From an uncultured Bacilli bacterium (GTDB lineage: Bacteria > Bacillota_I > Bacilli_A > RF39 > UBA660): DNA of 64,000 nt. The translations under genes and the position numbers were made by a program. Of the stretch, positions 21,244-31,385 are shown piece by piece. The DNA is taken from contig CANQHE010000002.1 in the NCBI GenBank assembly GCA_947623735.1, forward strand, positions 2,611 to 66,610, written 5' to 3'. Positions within the stretch are counted from its first letter, which is position 1; every line of letters begins with the position of its first letter. The notes beneath the pieces are model-generated. The model saw only the letters and a program-made list of their open reading frames with translations, did no database searches and was not told the origin of the DNA.

Positions 21244-22368
21244 TTAGTAAGTTTTGATAGGTAATATTAGTTGAATTAGAGATTCATCAGTTAAAGATTT
21301 GATGATTAATGGTTTAACATCACTATTTAAGAGAAGTAAAATTTCATCTTCTTGCATGGTTTTGATGGCCTCTAACATATATTTAGAAGAGAAGGATATT
21401 TCTAGTTTTTCTTTATTATTAGTTTCGACATTTAATTGTTCTTCTACTTTACCAATTTCAGAAGCATAAGAATTGATAATCATTTTAGTGTTATCTAAAG
21501 ACATTTTAACAATGTTTTTATCTTTCCCTTGAGTAAGGAGAGCCGCCCGGTCGATAGCATCGTTAAAATCCCGTTTATCTACTTTAATTATATAGGCAAA
21601 TTCACTAGGAATTAAGTTAGAAGTATTAGGATAACTACCACTTAAGAGATTGGTTTGAAAATTAATATTTTTATATTTAAATAAGGCTTTATTATTAAAA
21701 ATATGCATTTCAATATCGGAATCATCAGTAATAATTCGTTCTAGTTCCATAATATTTTTACCAGGAATTACTATTTCTAAATCTTTTTCAACTGGAGAAG
21801 ATAATTTGATGTTTTTCTTAGCAAGACGATAAGAGTCTGTTGCGACTGTTTCTAAGACATCTTTAGTAAATTTAAAATTAACACCAGTTAAAATTGGGCG
21901 AAGTTCTTGATTTGATATTGCAAAAACAGTTTGATTAATGATAGTTTTAAAGATATCGCCTTTAATAGTGATAGGTTCTTTACTTAATTCAAGTTTAACA
22001 TCGGGATAATCATTAATATCTAAGCAATTTAAGTTATATTGATTATTATCGGTGTAGATTTTGATTTTTAGGCCGTCAATAACTTCAAAGTTAATAACAT
22101 CACTAGGCATCTTACGAACGATATCTAAGATGTATTTACTTTGAATTATTATACCTCCTAGGTTAGTGATTTGTTTAATGTCTTTTTCTTCGATTAAAAC
22201 TTTAATTGTTAATTCAGAATCACTTGCGGTTAAATAAAGACCTTCACTTTTTAATTCGAATTTAATACCGTTTAAGACTGGTATTACGTTTTTAGTAGAT
22301 ATAGCTCTTATAACATTGTTTAATCCTTCTAAAATTATATTTTTGTCTATTGAAAATTTCATATTCAT
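21244..22368 (-). CDS. dnaN: DNA polymerase III beta sliding clamp
   Basis: ~370-aa three-domain clamp immediately downstream of dnaA. ATG 22362 (MKFSIDKN) is an equally plausible start. Confidence 0.93.
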   Translation of the reverse strand: MNMKFSIDKNIILEGLNNVIRAISTKNVIPVLNGIKFELKSEGLYLTASDSELTIKVLIEEKDIKQITNLGGIIIQSKYILDIVRKMPSDVINFEVIDGLKIKIYTDNNQYNLNCLDINDYPDVKLELSKEPITIKGDIFKTIINQTVFAISNQELRPILTGVNFKFTKDVLETVATDSYRLAKKNIKLSSPVEKDLEIVIPGKNIMELERIITDDSDIEMHIFNNKALFKYKNINFQTNLLSGSYPNTSNLIPSEFAYIIKVDKRDFNDAIDRAALLTQGKDKNIVKMSLDNTKMIINSYASEIGKVEEQLNVETNNKEKLEISFSSKYMLEAIKTMQEDEILLLLNSDVKPLIIKSLTDESLIQLILPIKTY

Positions 22369-22508
22369 TCCTTCTTTCTTAAAATATATTAGTATTTATT
22401 ATACTGTTAGTAATGTTTGTAAGTTGTTTTTTAGCCGTTATTAAAGGCTAGTTTAAATTTTTAATTGTTAGTAAGAGGTCTTTTATTAACATTAATTTCA
22501 TCTTTTAT

Positions 22509-23849
22509 CTACAATTTTGATTTTATCTCCTTAATAGTTGTTTCTAATTCTTTGTTAGTCATGAGCTCTTTTTCGATTTTATCACAGGCAAATATGACCG
22601 TAGAATGGTCGCGACCTCCAAATTCTAAACCAATTCTGGGAAATGTTTCATCTGTTTCCAACCGGCATAAATACATGGCTAATTGTCTAGGATGGGCTAC
22701 TTTATTGCTCCTTTTTTTGCCTTTTAAATCGTCAATTGTAATGTTATAATGGTCGGCGACGGCTTTTTGGATTTTGGTAATATTATTGTTTGAATAGATG
22801 TTTTTATTAACAAAATCTTTTAAGGCTTCACAAGTAAATTCTAAATCAATTGATTTGGGAACAATCATCGCGGTGTAAGCCATGAGTCTATTTACGGCAC
22901 CTTCTAAAAATCTAACATCATTTTGACAAGCATTCGCGATATATTCAATGCTTTCTTCTTTAATTAAGTTAGCAATGCTGGTGTTTTCAAGTTTTTTTCT
23001 TATTATCCGGCATCTTAAATCAAAATCGGGAGGATAAATATCGACTGGAAGACCCCACATAAATCGTGAACGAAGGCGTTCCTCTAAAATTTTTAAATCA
23101 TCGGGGGAACGGTCACTACTGATAATTATCTGTTTGTTGGATTGATGAAGATAATTGAAGGTGTTAAAAAATTCTTGCTGGGTTTTTTCAGCCCCGACGA
23201 GATACTGGATATCATCTATTATTAAAACATCAATATTACGATATTTATTTTTAAATTCGGTAGCATATTCTAAAGTGTTTTTAGCATTGTCAGGATTAGC
23301 AATGTTAGTATATTCGGTCATAAATTCATCACAGGTGCAATAAAGAACCCGCCGGTTAGAACTTTTAGTAATATAATTTCCTATCGCATGCATTAGATGA
23401 GTTTTTCCTAAACCACTTTTGCCATATATAAATAAAGGATTATGAATACGGCCTGGAGCTTCAGCGACAGCCATCGCGGCGACTTTAGCAAGACGATTAG
23501 TATCCCCGACGACAAAATTATCAAAGTTTAAGTTAGGGTTTAGATTGCTATTATAATTATTGTTGGTAATTTCTTCTTTATCAACAGTGGGAGGAGGGAT
23601 ATTGGTAATTTCCTCTTCTAATATGAATTCAATATCATAATTGATGTTCGTTATTTTATAGAGAGTTTGTTCAATTAAAGAATAGTAATTATCACCGAGC
23701 ATTTTTTTATGGATTTCCATGGGAACTTGGAAAGTTATTTTGGTGTCGGTTAGATTAATTATTTTTAAGTCATTAAACCAGGCATGGAAAGAAGCTGGAT
23801 TTATTTCTTTATATATGTTGTCTAAAAATTTTTTTAATAAGTCTTCCAT
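22509..23849 (-). CDS. dnaA: Chromosomal replication initiator DnaA
   Basis: Walker A GKSGLGKTHL, box VII/sensor motifs, and the C-terminal DNA-binding HSTV region (GGRDHSTVIFA). Start set at ATG 23849 (MEDLLKKF). The ORF-track N-terminal extension is low-complexity intergenic read-through. Confidence 0.95.
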   Translation of the reverse strand: MEDLLKKFLDNIYKEINPASFHAWFNDLKIINLTDTKITFQVPMEIHKKMLGDNYYSLIEQTLYKITNINYDIEFILEEEITNIPPPTVDKEEITNNNYNSNLNPNLNFDNFVVGDTNRLAKVAAMAVAEAPGRIHNPLFIYGKSGLGKTHLMHAIGNYITKSSNRRVLYCTCDEFMTEYTNIANPDNAKNTLEYATEFKNKYRNIDVLIIDDIQYLVGAEKTQQEFFNTFNYLHQSNKQIIISSDRSPDDLKILEERLRSRFMWGLPVDIYPPDFDLRCRIIRKKLENTSIANLIKEESIEYIANACQNDVRFLEGAVNRLMAYTAMIVPKSIDLEFTCEALKDFVNKNIYSNNNITKIQKAVADHYNITIDDLKGKKRSNKVAHPRQLAMYLCRLETDETFPRIGLEFGGRDHSTVIFACDKIEKELMTNKELETTIKEIKSKL

Positions 23850-24035
23850 CTTATAACCACACCCCGCAGTCTTAACATTTACATGATAATTGTATCGCAA
23901 AAATTTAAGAAAGAAAAGAGTAAAAATGAAATTGTTAGTAAGTAGGTAGTTATAAACATGGTTTTCAATAGTAAAAAAAGGAAGTTTAGGACTTATGCAC
24001 ACTATCAACAAAATATAAAATAGCTTAATTAACAA

Positions 24036-24425
24036 TTAACAGTTAATAAAAATGGAGGAAAAGTTAATTATGTTGATAGTTTAAAGAAATTAGCTATTTT
24101 TGATAGGTATAATAAGGGATAGTTAAAAATCAGGAATTTGTTTATAAGTTATAGTTTATAAACAATTTAAGGGAAAAAGAGAGTTGACAAGATATGCGAG
24201 GAAGAGTTTTTAGAAAATTATAGTTGTTTATAAGTTGTTTACGAAAAAAATTATCCACATTATCCACAATTTAGTGTTGATAACTTGTAAAGATTTGACA
24301 AGTTTTGTTAAATATTTTTTAAATAGTTTAGAATTTTTAAAATGAATTATGGGGTTTAAAGATATTTTAAATTGAAGATATATTGAAGTTTCTCTTTTGA
24401 TTAGACGATAAAAGCTTTAAAAAAC
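24036..24425. promoter_or_regulatory. oriC segment (dnaA-rpmH intergenic) with DnaA boxes
   Basis: Two abutting perfect TTATCCACA boxes at 24251-24259 and 24260-24268, a one-mismatch box (TGTTGATAA) at 24275-24283, and several TTATAAACA-type degenerate boxes at 24139-24240. Confidence 0.8.
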
Positions 24426-24454
24426 TTGACTATTTGGTCATAAAATATTATAAT
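24426..24454 (+). promoter_or_regulatory. Sigma-A promoter of rpmH
   Basis: TTGACT (24426-24431), a 17-nt spacer, TATAAT (24449-24454). SD AAGGAGG follows. Confidence 0.7.
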
Positions 24455-24489
24455 TAAAATACTTGAAATTTTTTAAGGAGGTGGAACTC

Positions 24490-24612
24490 ATGAAGAGAAC
24501 TTATCAACCTAATAATCGTAAGAAAGCTAAAAAGCATGGTTTTTTTGCTCGTAAAGAGTCTAATGTACTTAATAGTAGACGTAAGAAAGGACGTAAAGTT
24601 TTAGCTAGATAA
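24490..24612 (+). CDS. rpmH: 50S ribosomal protein L34
   Basis: [40 protein letters not shown], 40 aa. It is not in the ORF track because it is under 60 aa. SD AAGGAGGTGG. Confidence 0.93.
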   Translation: MKRTYQPNNRKKAKKHGFFARKESNVLNSRRKKGRKVLAR

Positions 24613-24640
24613 CCACTTTTTTATAGTGGTATTTTTTTTA
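24612..24640 (+). terminator. Hairpin plus T-run between rpmH and rnpA
   Basis: ACCACT (24612-24617) pairs with AGTGGT (24625-24630), followed by a T8 run. Confidence 0.55.
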
Positions 24641-24655
24641 ATTAGTTTAAAAGGT

Positions 24656-25030
24656 ATGGGATTACAATTGAAAAAATATGAAATTATTAAAAAGAATAGC
24701 GACTTTAATGAGATAATTAATACTGGTTTAGTGTTAAAGAATCACTATTATAATATATATTATAAGGATAGAAATGAGTCTTTAAAAGAAAATATAGATG
24801 ATAATTTACCTAAGTTTGGGCTTGCTGTTAGTAAAAAATGTGGTAATGCGGTGGAACGGAATAAAATTAAGAGAAGACTTAGAATGATTATTGATAATAA
24901 TAAAAAAATGTTTAAAAAAAGAACTAATTATATTATAATGGTAAAGAAGGACATTGTTTTAATTACTTATCAAGAAATGAATGATAGTCTTGTTAAGTTG
25001 ATGAAAGGACATATAGATGAAAAAATTTAA
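24656..25030 (+). CDS. rnpA: Ribonuclease P protein component
   Basis: Basic protein with KKNSDFNEI and AVERNKIKRRLR motifs, in the rpmH-rnpA-yidC order. Start is uncertain (ATG 24656 or TTG 24668). The GTG 24626 of the ORF track lies inside the hairpin. Confidence 0.85.
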   Translation: MGLQLKKYEIIKKNSDFNEIINTGLVLKNHYYNIYYKDRNESLKENIDDNLPKFGLAVSKKCGNAVERNKIKRRLRMIIDNNKKMFKKRTNYIIMVKKDIVLITYQEMNDSLVKLMKGHIDEKI

Positions 25031-26042
25031 AATAAGTATTTTAGTAGTTTTAATAATGTTTATGCTTACGGGATGTGGAAATAGTAATTATATTATGGAT
25101 AATAAGAAGCCCGTTGAGAATGAAGCAACCGGTCAGATTTTACAGAAAGATATTTTATGTAAGCCGGAAGATAAAGAGTTAGATGAACTTTATACAAAGT
25201 ATAAGAAGCAATTAAAAAATAATTATGATAAATTGCCTAAATGTGTTGATTTTAAAGTAAATAGTACGAAAAGTTCTGGTTTATGGGAAGGAGTATTTGT
25301 TAAACCTTTAGCATTTATAATATTAAAGTTAGGTTATTTAATTAATAATTTTGGTTTAGCAGTTATACTTGTAGGGTTAGCGATAAGACTTATATTAATG
25401 CCAATATCAAGAAAGACCATGAAACAATCTAATAATATGAAGAAGGCACAGCCAGAACTGGCGCGAATTGAAAAGAAATATGCGAATAGAACTGATAATG
25501 AAGCAATGATGGCGAAATCACAAGAGATGATGATGGTTTATAAAAAATATAATATTAGTCCATTTGGTAGTTGTTTACTCGCGTTTATTCAACTTCCTTT
25601 GTTCTTTGCTTTCTTACAAGCGATTAATAGAACACCGGCGATATTCGAGGATAAGTTTTTAGGACTTACTTTAGGAAAAACACCAATTGTGGGATTATTT
25701 GAATATCATGAATGGTTATATATTGTCATAATTCTTTTAACTATTTTAACAACTTATTTGACTTTTAGAAATTCAATGGGTTCAAGTAGTACCGGTAATG
25801 AAGAAATGGAAAGACAAATGCAATTCATGTTTAAGTTTATGGTTGTTATGATATCTGTTGCTTCCCTTTATTTATCAACTGCGATTGCCCTTTACTGGAT
25901 TGCCACAAATGCTTTCGTTGTAATTCAAAATTATGTATTTAAAAAGTTGGATGAAAAAGATGAAAAGAAAGATATGATAATTAAACCTAGTAAATATGAT
26001 AAAAAGAAGGATAAAAAAGGTCAAAAGAAAAGAGGTAAGTAG
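25017..26042 (+). CDS. yidC: Membrane protein insertase YidC/SpoIIIJ (lipoprotein type)
   Basis: Lipobox MLTGC, the conserved 60-kDa IMP region (PISRKTMKQSNNMKKAQPEL...YKKYNISPFGSCL), and a basic C-tail. Confidence 0.9.
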   Translation: MKKFKISILVVLIMFMLTGCGNSNYIMDNKKPVENEATGQILQKDILCKPEDKELDELYTKYKKQLKNNYDKLPKCVDFKVNSTKSSGLWEGVFVKPLAFIILKLGYLINNFGLAVILVGLAIRLILMPISRKTMKQSNNMKKAQPELARIEKKYANRTDNEAMMAKSQEMMMVYKKYNISPFGSCLLAFIQLPLFFAFLQAINRTPAIFEDKFLGLTLGKTPIVGLFEYHEWLYIVIILLTILTTYLTFRNSMGSSSTGNEEMERQMQFMFKFMVVMISVASLYLSTAIALYWIATNAFVVIQNYVFKKLDEKDEKKDMIIKPSKYDKKKDKKGQKKRGK

Positions 26043-26045
26043 TTT

Positions 26046-26657
26046 ATGAATGTAGTTAGTGGAGTTGCTAAAACTAAGGATGAGGCTTTAAAAGAAGTAC
26101 TTTTAAAATTAAATGCTCAAGAAAGTGAAATAGTTTATAGTTTTTTAGAAAATAAAGGTGGTTTATTTAAAGGAACTACTTATGAATGTAAAGGTTTTTT
26201 AAAGGTAGATATTCTTAATGATGCGGAAGAGTTTTTGAAAAACGTTATTAAAGGAATGGGAATTGAAGCATCATATGAGGTTAGTACAAAAGAAAATGTT
26301 ACAACTATAAAAATATTTTCTTCAAATAATCCAATTATTATTGGAAGAAATGGCCAAAATTTAGAGGCCTTAACTACAATCGTGAGACAATTTGTCAAAA
26401 CTTTGGCGCCTGTTGGGGGTCCGAGAATAATTTTAGATGTTGAAGATTATAAGGATAGACAAATTAAGAGAATAGAGAGACTGGCAAAAAATTTGGCACG
26501 AGAGGTTCTTAAAACAAAACAAGATGTGGAAATGGATAATATGAATTCTTATGAGAGAAGAGCAGTTCATAATGTTTTAACTAATTTTAAAAATATTAAG
26601 ACTGAAAGTGTGGGAGAAGAACCTAATAGACATGTGGTTATTAAATATGTAGATTAA
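26046..26657 (+). CDS. jag: RNA-binding protein Jag/KhpB (KH plus R3H domains)
   Basis: IIGRNGQNLEALT (KH-like) and the R3H region YERRAVHNVL. Sits downstream of yidC. Confidence 0.88.
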   Translation: MNVVSGVAKTKDEALKEVLLKLNAQESEIVYSFLENKGGLFKGTTYECKGFLKVDILNDAEEFLKNVIKGMGIEASYEVSTKENVTTIKIFSSNNPIIIGRNGQNLEALTTIVRQFVKTLAPVGGPRIILDVEDYKDRQIKRIERLAKNLAREVLKTKQDVEMDNMNSYERRAVHNVLTNFKNIKTESVGEEPNRHVVIKYVD

Positions 26658-26701
26658 GTACTTAATTAGTACTTTTCTTTTTATTTTGAAGGTGGAAGAA
26701 T

Positions 26702-27595
26702 ATGAGTGAAGAAGAATATCGTAATATTTTAGATGAGTGGTATAGTAAAGAAGAAGTTGATAAAATAATTTTAGGAGAAAAAGAAAAGAGATTAGTATCA
26801 CTTCGAATTAATAGGTTAAAAGCGAATCAAGAAGAAATTATGAATGTTTTAGATAACCACTTTATAGAATATCAAAGAGTTAGTTGGTATCCTGATGCTT
26901 TAATTATTTTAAATAAAAAAGAAGCTGATATAGAAAAATTAGATATATATAAAGATGGAAAGATATATTTACAGAGTTTATCATCGATGATTCCGCCTTT
27001 AGTTTTGGGGGCAAAGCCTTTAGAAAGTGTGTTAGATATGACATCAGCACCAGGAGGAAAGACGAGTGAAATAGCCGCCCTTCAGAATAATCAGGTACTT
27101 ATTACAGCAGTAGAAAAAAATAAGATAAGAGCAGAGAGACTTAAATATAATTTAGAAAAACTGGGAGTTAAAAAAACAACAGTAGTCGTTAAGGATGCTA
27201 GGGAATTAGATAATAATTTTAAATTTGATAAGATTCTTCTTGATGCTCCATGTAGTGGAAGTGGGACTTTAAGAATAATTGATGGAAAAATAATTGATAA
27301 TTTTAGTTTTGAATTAATAAAAAAAGTAGAAAATTGGCAAATAGAGTTACTTAGAAAGGCAATTTCTTTGGTAAATATAGGGGGAATTATTGTTTATTCA
27401 ACGTGTTCAATTTTAAATAGGGAAAATGAGGATATTGTTAAAGAGTTTATTAATGAAGGATTAGTGGAAGTATTAGATATAGAAGAATTCAATGAGGATT
27501 TATTTAGAAATTCTACTATAAATGGGGCTTTAAAAATATTACCAGATAAGTTTTATGAGGGATTCTTTGTTGTTAAATTAAAAAGAATTAAATAG
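26702..27595 (+). CDS. NOL1/NOP2/Sun-family RNA m5C methyltransferase (RsmB/RsmF-like)
   Basis: DMTSAPGGKTSEIA, LLDAPCSGSGTLR and YSTCS motifs. Confidence 0.8.
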   Translation: MSEEEYRNILDEWYSKEEVDKIILGEKEKRLVSLRINRLKANQEEIMNVLDNHFIEYQRVSWYPDALIILNKKEADIEKLDIYKDGKIYLQSLSSMIPPLVLGAKPLESVLDMTSAPGGKTSEIAALQNNQVLITAVEKNKIRAERLKYNLEKLGVKKTTVVVKDARELDNNFKFDKILLDAPCSGSGTLRIIDGKIIDNFSFELIKKVENWQIELLRKAISLVNIGGIIVYSTCSILNRENEDIVKEFINEGLVEVLDIEEFNEDLFRNSTINGALKILPDKFYEGFFVVKLKRIK

Positions 27596-27679
27596 TAAAG
27601 ATAACTACTAAATATTGTTTTTAAGTTGTTAAAAGGATATAATATAAGAGAACTATGATAATAGAGAAAGGAGAAATTT

Positions 27680-27871
27680 ATGGGTTTATTCAGTTTTTTA
27701 TTAGATGATGATAAGAAAAAAGATAATGATGATTTGATAGATGTTGAAGGGAAGGCTCTTGGACTTACTAAAGAAGAAATAGAAGAGTGTAAAAGAGATA
27801 AAATAACCCCTCAAGAATGGCTTAAAGAAAATGATATAGAAAATTATCATGATCAAGATTTAGATGATTAA
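27680..27871 (+). CDS. Small acidic hypothetical protein
   Basis: 63-aa ORF with SD AAAGGAGAA and an upstream TTGTTT-17-TATAAT promoter-like sequence. No recognisable family. Confidence 0.5.
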   Translation: MGLFSFLLDDDKKKDNDDLIDVEGKALGLTKEEIEECKRDKITPQEWLKENDIENYHDQDLDD

Positions 27872-27877
27872 AAAAAT

Positions 27878-29065
27878 CTAAATAAGACCATATTTAGATT
27901 TTAAAGTTAAGATTTTAGTAACTGAAGAATTAATTTGTTCTTCGGTTATTTTATTTTCGGCGATTAATTCTTTTATTAAATCAATTACATTATCTTTGTT
28001 ATTAGGCATTAAAAGAAGGTCTACTCCGGCATTAATAGCTAATTCATAAACTTCTTTATCTGAGTAGTTTTTGGTAATAGCTTGCATATTTAAGGCATCG
28101 GTTATGACGAGGTTTTGATAGCCTAATTCATTTTTTAATAAATCGGTTATTAAAGTTTTGGAAAGAGAGGCGGGAGTATTATCATTGGTGATGCTCGGAA
28201 TGGCTAAATGACCGATCATGATTACGTCAGCACCTTTATTTATGGCTTCCATAAAAGGAATAAGTTCAAGTTCTTTTAATTCTTCTTTAGTTTTAGTAAT
28301 TACAGGTAAATCATAATGTGAATCTGTTGCTGTGTCACCATGGCCGGGGAAGTGTTTATATATGGGAATGATATTGTTATCTTTGAGACCATTTTGAAGG
28401 GCAATACCCATTTTGGCAACTAAATAAGGGTTACTTCCAAAACTACGATTACCTATAACAGTATTGTTTATATTAGAATAAACATCAATTACAGGAGCAA
28501 AGTCCATATTGATATTGAAATCTTTTAGGATTTCAGCTATTTTAACACCGGTATTATAAGCAATATTCTCATCATTTGTAGCACCTATTTCACTCATAGG
28601 GGGGATTTTTTCATAAGGATAGTTTAAAGTATTTTCAATTCTATCAACTCTTCCTCCTTCTTCATCAATACCCATAAACATCGGGATATTAGATAAAGAA
28701 TTAATAGATTCAATAAAATTTAGGGAGGAATTATATTCTTGTAAGTTTTCTTTAAAAAGAATGAAACCACCAGGTTTTAGAGTGTTGAGGTAATTTGTTA
28801 ATTTTTCATCAACATTAGGGTAACGATATTCGATAATTAACATTTGGCCTATTTTTTCTTCAAGTGTTAAACTATTTAGAAGATTATTTATTTTTTGCTC
28901 TTCTTTCTTTTTTTCAAGTTCGTCAGTATTAATAGCTGGAATATCAAATTCGGGTAGTTCTTTTTTGGGGACACTGGCAATTTTGCTTTCTGATAGAAGG
29001 AAAACTCCTATAGCTATACTAAATATAATAATAATCGTAATTAATAATAAATATTTTTTACTCAT
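27878..29065 (-). CDS. Glycoside hydrolase family 3 beta-N-acetylhexosaminidase (NagZ/YbbD-like), membrane-anchored
   Basis: GQMLIIEY, GIDEEGGRVDR and KHFPGHGDTATDSH motifs, plus an N-terminal TM helix. Confidence 0.85.
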   Translation of the reverse strand: MSKKYLLLITIIIIFSIAIGVFLLSESKIASVPKKELPEFDIPAINTDELEKKKEEQKINNLLNSLTLEEKIGQMLIIEYRYPNVDEKLTNYLNTLKPGGFILFKENLQEYNSSLNFIESINSLSNIPMFMGIDEEGGRVDRIENTLNYPYEKIPPMSEIGATNDENIAYNTGVKIAEILKDFNINMDFAPVIDVYSNINNTVIGNRSFGSNPYLVAKMGIALQNGLKDNNIIPIYKHFPGHGDTATDSHYDLPVITKTKEELKELELIPFMEAINKGADVIMIGHLAIPSITNDNTPASLSKTLITDLLKNELGYQNLVITDALNMQAITKNYSDKEVYELAINAGVDLLLMPNNKDNVIDLIKELIAENKITEEQINSSVTKILTLKSKYGLI

Positions 29066-29185
29066 AATAATACCTCTATATTTGTTATTCCCTGAATTTA
29101 TATTTTTATTATACTATTATTCTAAAAAATTCGCTAGAGATTTTGGAAACTTAAAAATAATTTGCAAATAGGATGATAATTTTTG

Positions 29186-29219
29186 AAAATAAAAAAACTT
29201 GCTATTTGGTAACAAGTTT
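29186..29219 (-). terminator. Intrinsic terminator of htrA
   Basis: Minus strand: AAACTTG-ttaccaaatag-CAAGTTT, followed by T7. The stem includes the last codons of htrA. Confidence 0.65.
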
Positions 29220-30308
29220 TACATTAATTTCAGTTTCATGATTATTTCTGATAATAGTTAAGGTCATTGTGTCGCCGGCTTTATGTTTATATAAATAATA
29301 TCTTAAGTAAGCTGATGAAGAAATATCTTTGCCATCAACTTTAGTGATAATATCTTCTTCCTTAAGTCCGGCAAGAGCAGCGGAACTGTGATCTTCAACA
29401 AGAGTTATAACGACACCACTCGTAATATTGGCACTTTTAATTAAGTTATAGTAATCTCTTGTGTAATAAGCTTCGGCAACATCAAGCATTCCAATGCCTA
29501 AATATGGTCTTTTTACTTCTTCGCCATTAATTAATTGTTCAGCAATATCTAAAGCATTTTCGATTGGAATTGCAAAGCCCATACCTTCGATGGCTTCGCT
29601 TGCTAGTTTAATAGATGTTATTCCAACTACTTCCCCATTAGAGTTAGCAAGAGGTCCACCAGAGTTACCACTGTTGATAGCCGCATCAGTTTGGAGAGTA
29701 TTTACAACCATAGGGGTAGATGTATTACCACTAGTTAATTCGACTTCGACTTCGCGGTCTTTGCCAGAAACAATACCACGGGTAACACTCCAAGAATAAG
29801 CATTATCAATAGGGGCACCAATCGCAAAAACTGTATCTCCTAAGCGTATACTTTCACTAGTACCTAATTCGGCAACGGTAAGAATATTTTTCTTAGGTAC
29901 TGATAAGACAGCGATATCAGAATAGACATCACTACCGACGATTTCAGTTTTAACATTGGTATCATCAGTAAATGTCGCGGTTACAGTATCGGCATTATTG
30001 ATAACATGGTTATTAGTTAGAATATAAGCCGTATCACCATCAGTTCGAAAGACAAAACCAGTCCCGGAAGCATAAGGTTTATTATTTATGTAGGTATTTA
30101 CGACGACAACCGCATCATAAACTTTTTCAACCGCATCCGCAATACCGGTGTCAGTGATAGTTACATCTTTTTCTAACTTAGTTTTAGTTGTTTCGGTAAT
30201 AATTGGGAAGAAATAAATTAGGGCATACATACCTCCCATACCAATAAATATGGCAATTAATATAACTATGATGTTTTTGATATTATTTTTGTTTTTTGTT
30301 TCGTTCAT
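29202..30308 (-). CDS. htrA: HtrA/DegP-family serine protease with PDZ domain
   Basis: N-terminal TM helix, catalytic GNSGGPL, the TNNHV histidine region, and a C-terminal PDZ domain. Confidence 0.9.
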   Translation of the reverse strand: MNETKNKNNIKNIIVILIAIFIGMGGMYALIYFFPIITETTKTKLEKDVTITDTGIADAVEKVYDAVVVVNTYINNKPYASGTGFVFRTDGDTAYILTNNHVINNADTVTATFTDDTNVKTEIVGSDVYSDIAVLSVPKKNILTVAELGTSESIRLGDTVFAIGAPIDNAYSWSVTRGIVSGKDREVEVELTSGNTSTPMVVNTLQTDAAINSGNSGGPLANSNGEVVGITSIKLASEAIEGMGFAIPIENALDIAEQLINGEEVKRPYLGIGMLDVAEAYYTRDYYNLIKSANITSGVVITLVEDHSSAALAGLKEEDIITKVDGKDISSSAYLRYYLYKHKAGDTMTLTIIRNNHETEINVKLVTK

Positions 30309-30309
30309 T

Positions 30310-31239
30310 TTAATCCATCCTTACTATTTCTTTGTAATTTTCAGGGAACCCCATTCTATCTAAAACTTTATTAATATTTATGGTATGTAAGCGACCTGAT
30401 AGATAATCAATTTCATAAGATATTTCATTTAACATCATGTGGAAATCATCTTTGCGAAGTAATCTTTTTAAAATAATTATGAGGGAAAATAAATCGTTAA
30501 TACCATAGATATATTCCCCGTTGGTTTTAGGAATATTTAATAATTGATGATATTTAGTGATAGGTATTTCTTTTTGGGTTTTGTGTTCGTAACAGATATC
30601 TTCATGAGCACAGAGATTGCGATAATTAGCAATTATAGGAAGATATACAAGTAAACTATCAATATCGACGTTAAAGATATTGGCAATACTTTCTTGGTCT
30701 TCTTTTTTTAAAATGGTGTATAACTCACCGACGATACCAAAAGATAAGACTTTAACAACTATCCAAGGAGGTAAATAGCCATAGTTAGTTTGGTAATGTC
30801 TGGTGGCTGCGTGTTCTTTACCATTAATGATAATTTGCCTTTTAACTTTTTTTAAAAGGTCATTTACTTGGCGACTTTTTTTAGGGTCCCGCGTAAAGTT
30901 GCTTGGATTTAAATATTTCTTTTCTTTAAAACCGTATTTTTTTGATAGTTCATAGGATAAAATACTTTTTATGTTGTTTTCTAATATTAAGATGTTTTTG
31001 AAGAGAATGTTTCTTAATTGGCGGTCAAAATAGAATAAAGCATATATTTCACGAAAGTTGGCGCCATCTAAGTAAGTTCTTTCAGTTAGAGATTTCATAA
31101 AAAGATAACGATATCCATTAATGAAGAAATAGTTCTCCCGAAGAAGAATGTCTTTCACATATTCTTCATCATCAATAATGAGGTTTTTATTTCTTAATAT
31201 GGTAATCTGTTCTTCTAGGGTTTTAAATATTTTTTCCAT
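30310..31239 (-). CDS. Abi_2 (AbiD/AbiF-like) abortive-infection family protein
   Basis: LRENYFFINGYRYLF and YALFYFDRQLRNILFKNILILENNIKS resemble the Abi_2 family. Start set at ATG 31239 (SD AGGTGA). The stop lies 1 nt before the htrA ATG. Confidence 0.7.
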   Translation of the reverse strand: MEKIFKTLEEQITILRNKNLIIDDEEYVKDILLRENYFFINGYRYLFMKSLTERTYLDGANFREIYALFYFDRQLRNILFKNILILENNIKSILSYELSKKYGFKEKKYLNPSNFTRDPKKSRQVNDLLKKVKRQIIINGKEHAATRHYQTNYGYLPPWIVVKVLSFGIVGELYTILKKEDQESIANIFNVDIDSLLVYLPIIANYRNLCAHEDICYEHKTQKEIPITKYHQLLNIPKTNGEYIYGINDLFSLIIILKRLLRKDDFHMMLNEISYEIDYLSGRLHTININKVLDRMGFPENYKEIVRMD

Positions 31240-31385
31240 TTGCTTCACCTATTATTACATTATACCACAAAGAACGATTATATTGTATAAAAATAAGTTG
31301 ATTTATATGTTAATTTTATGTGAAAATTTAGTGAAATTCGCTTTTTTGGAAGAATTGTGGTATAATTAGATTCGAGGTGGGATAT

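Noticed and set aside
23850-24035. 62-codon N-terminal extension of dnaA in the ORF track.
   Set aside because: The extension is hydrophobic low-complexity, lies in oriC DNA, and has no counterpart in DnaA proteins. MEDLLKKF at 23849 aligns with typical DnaA N-termini.
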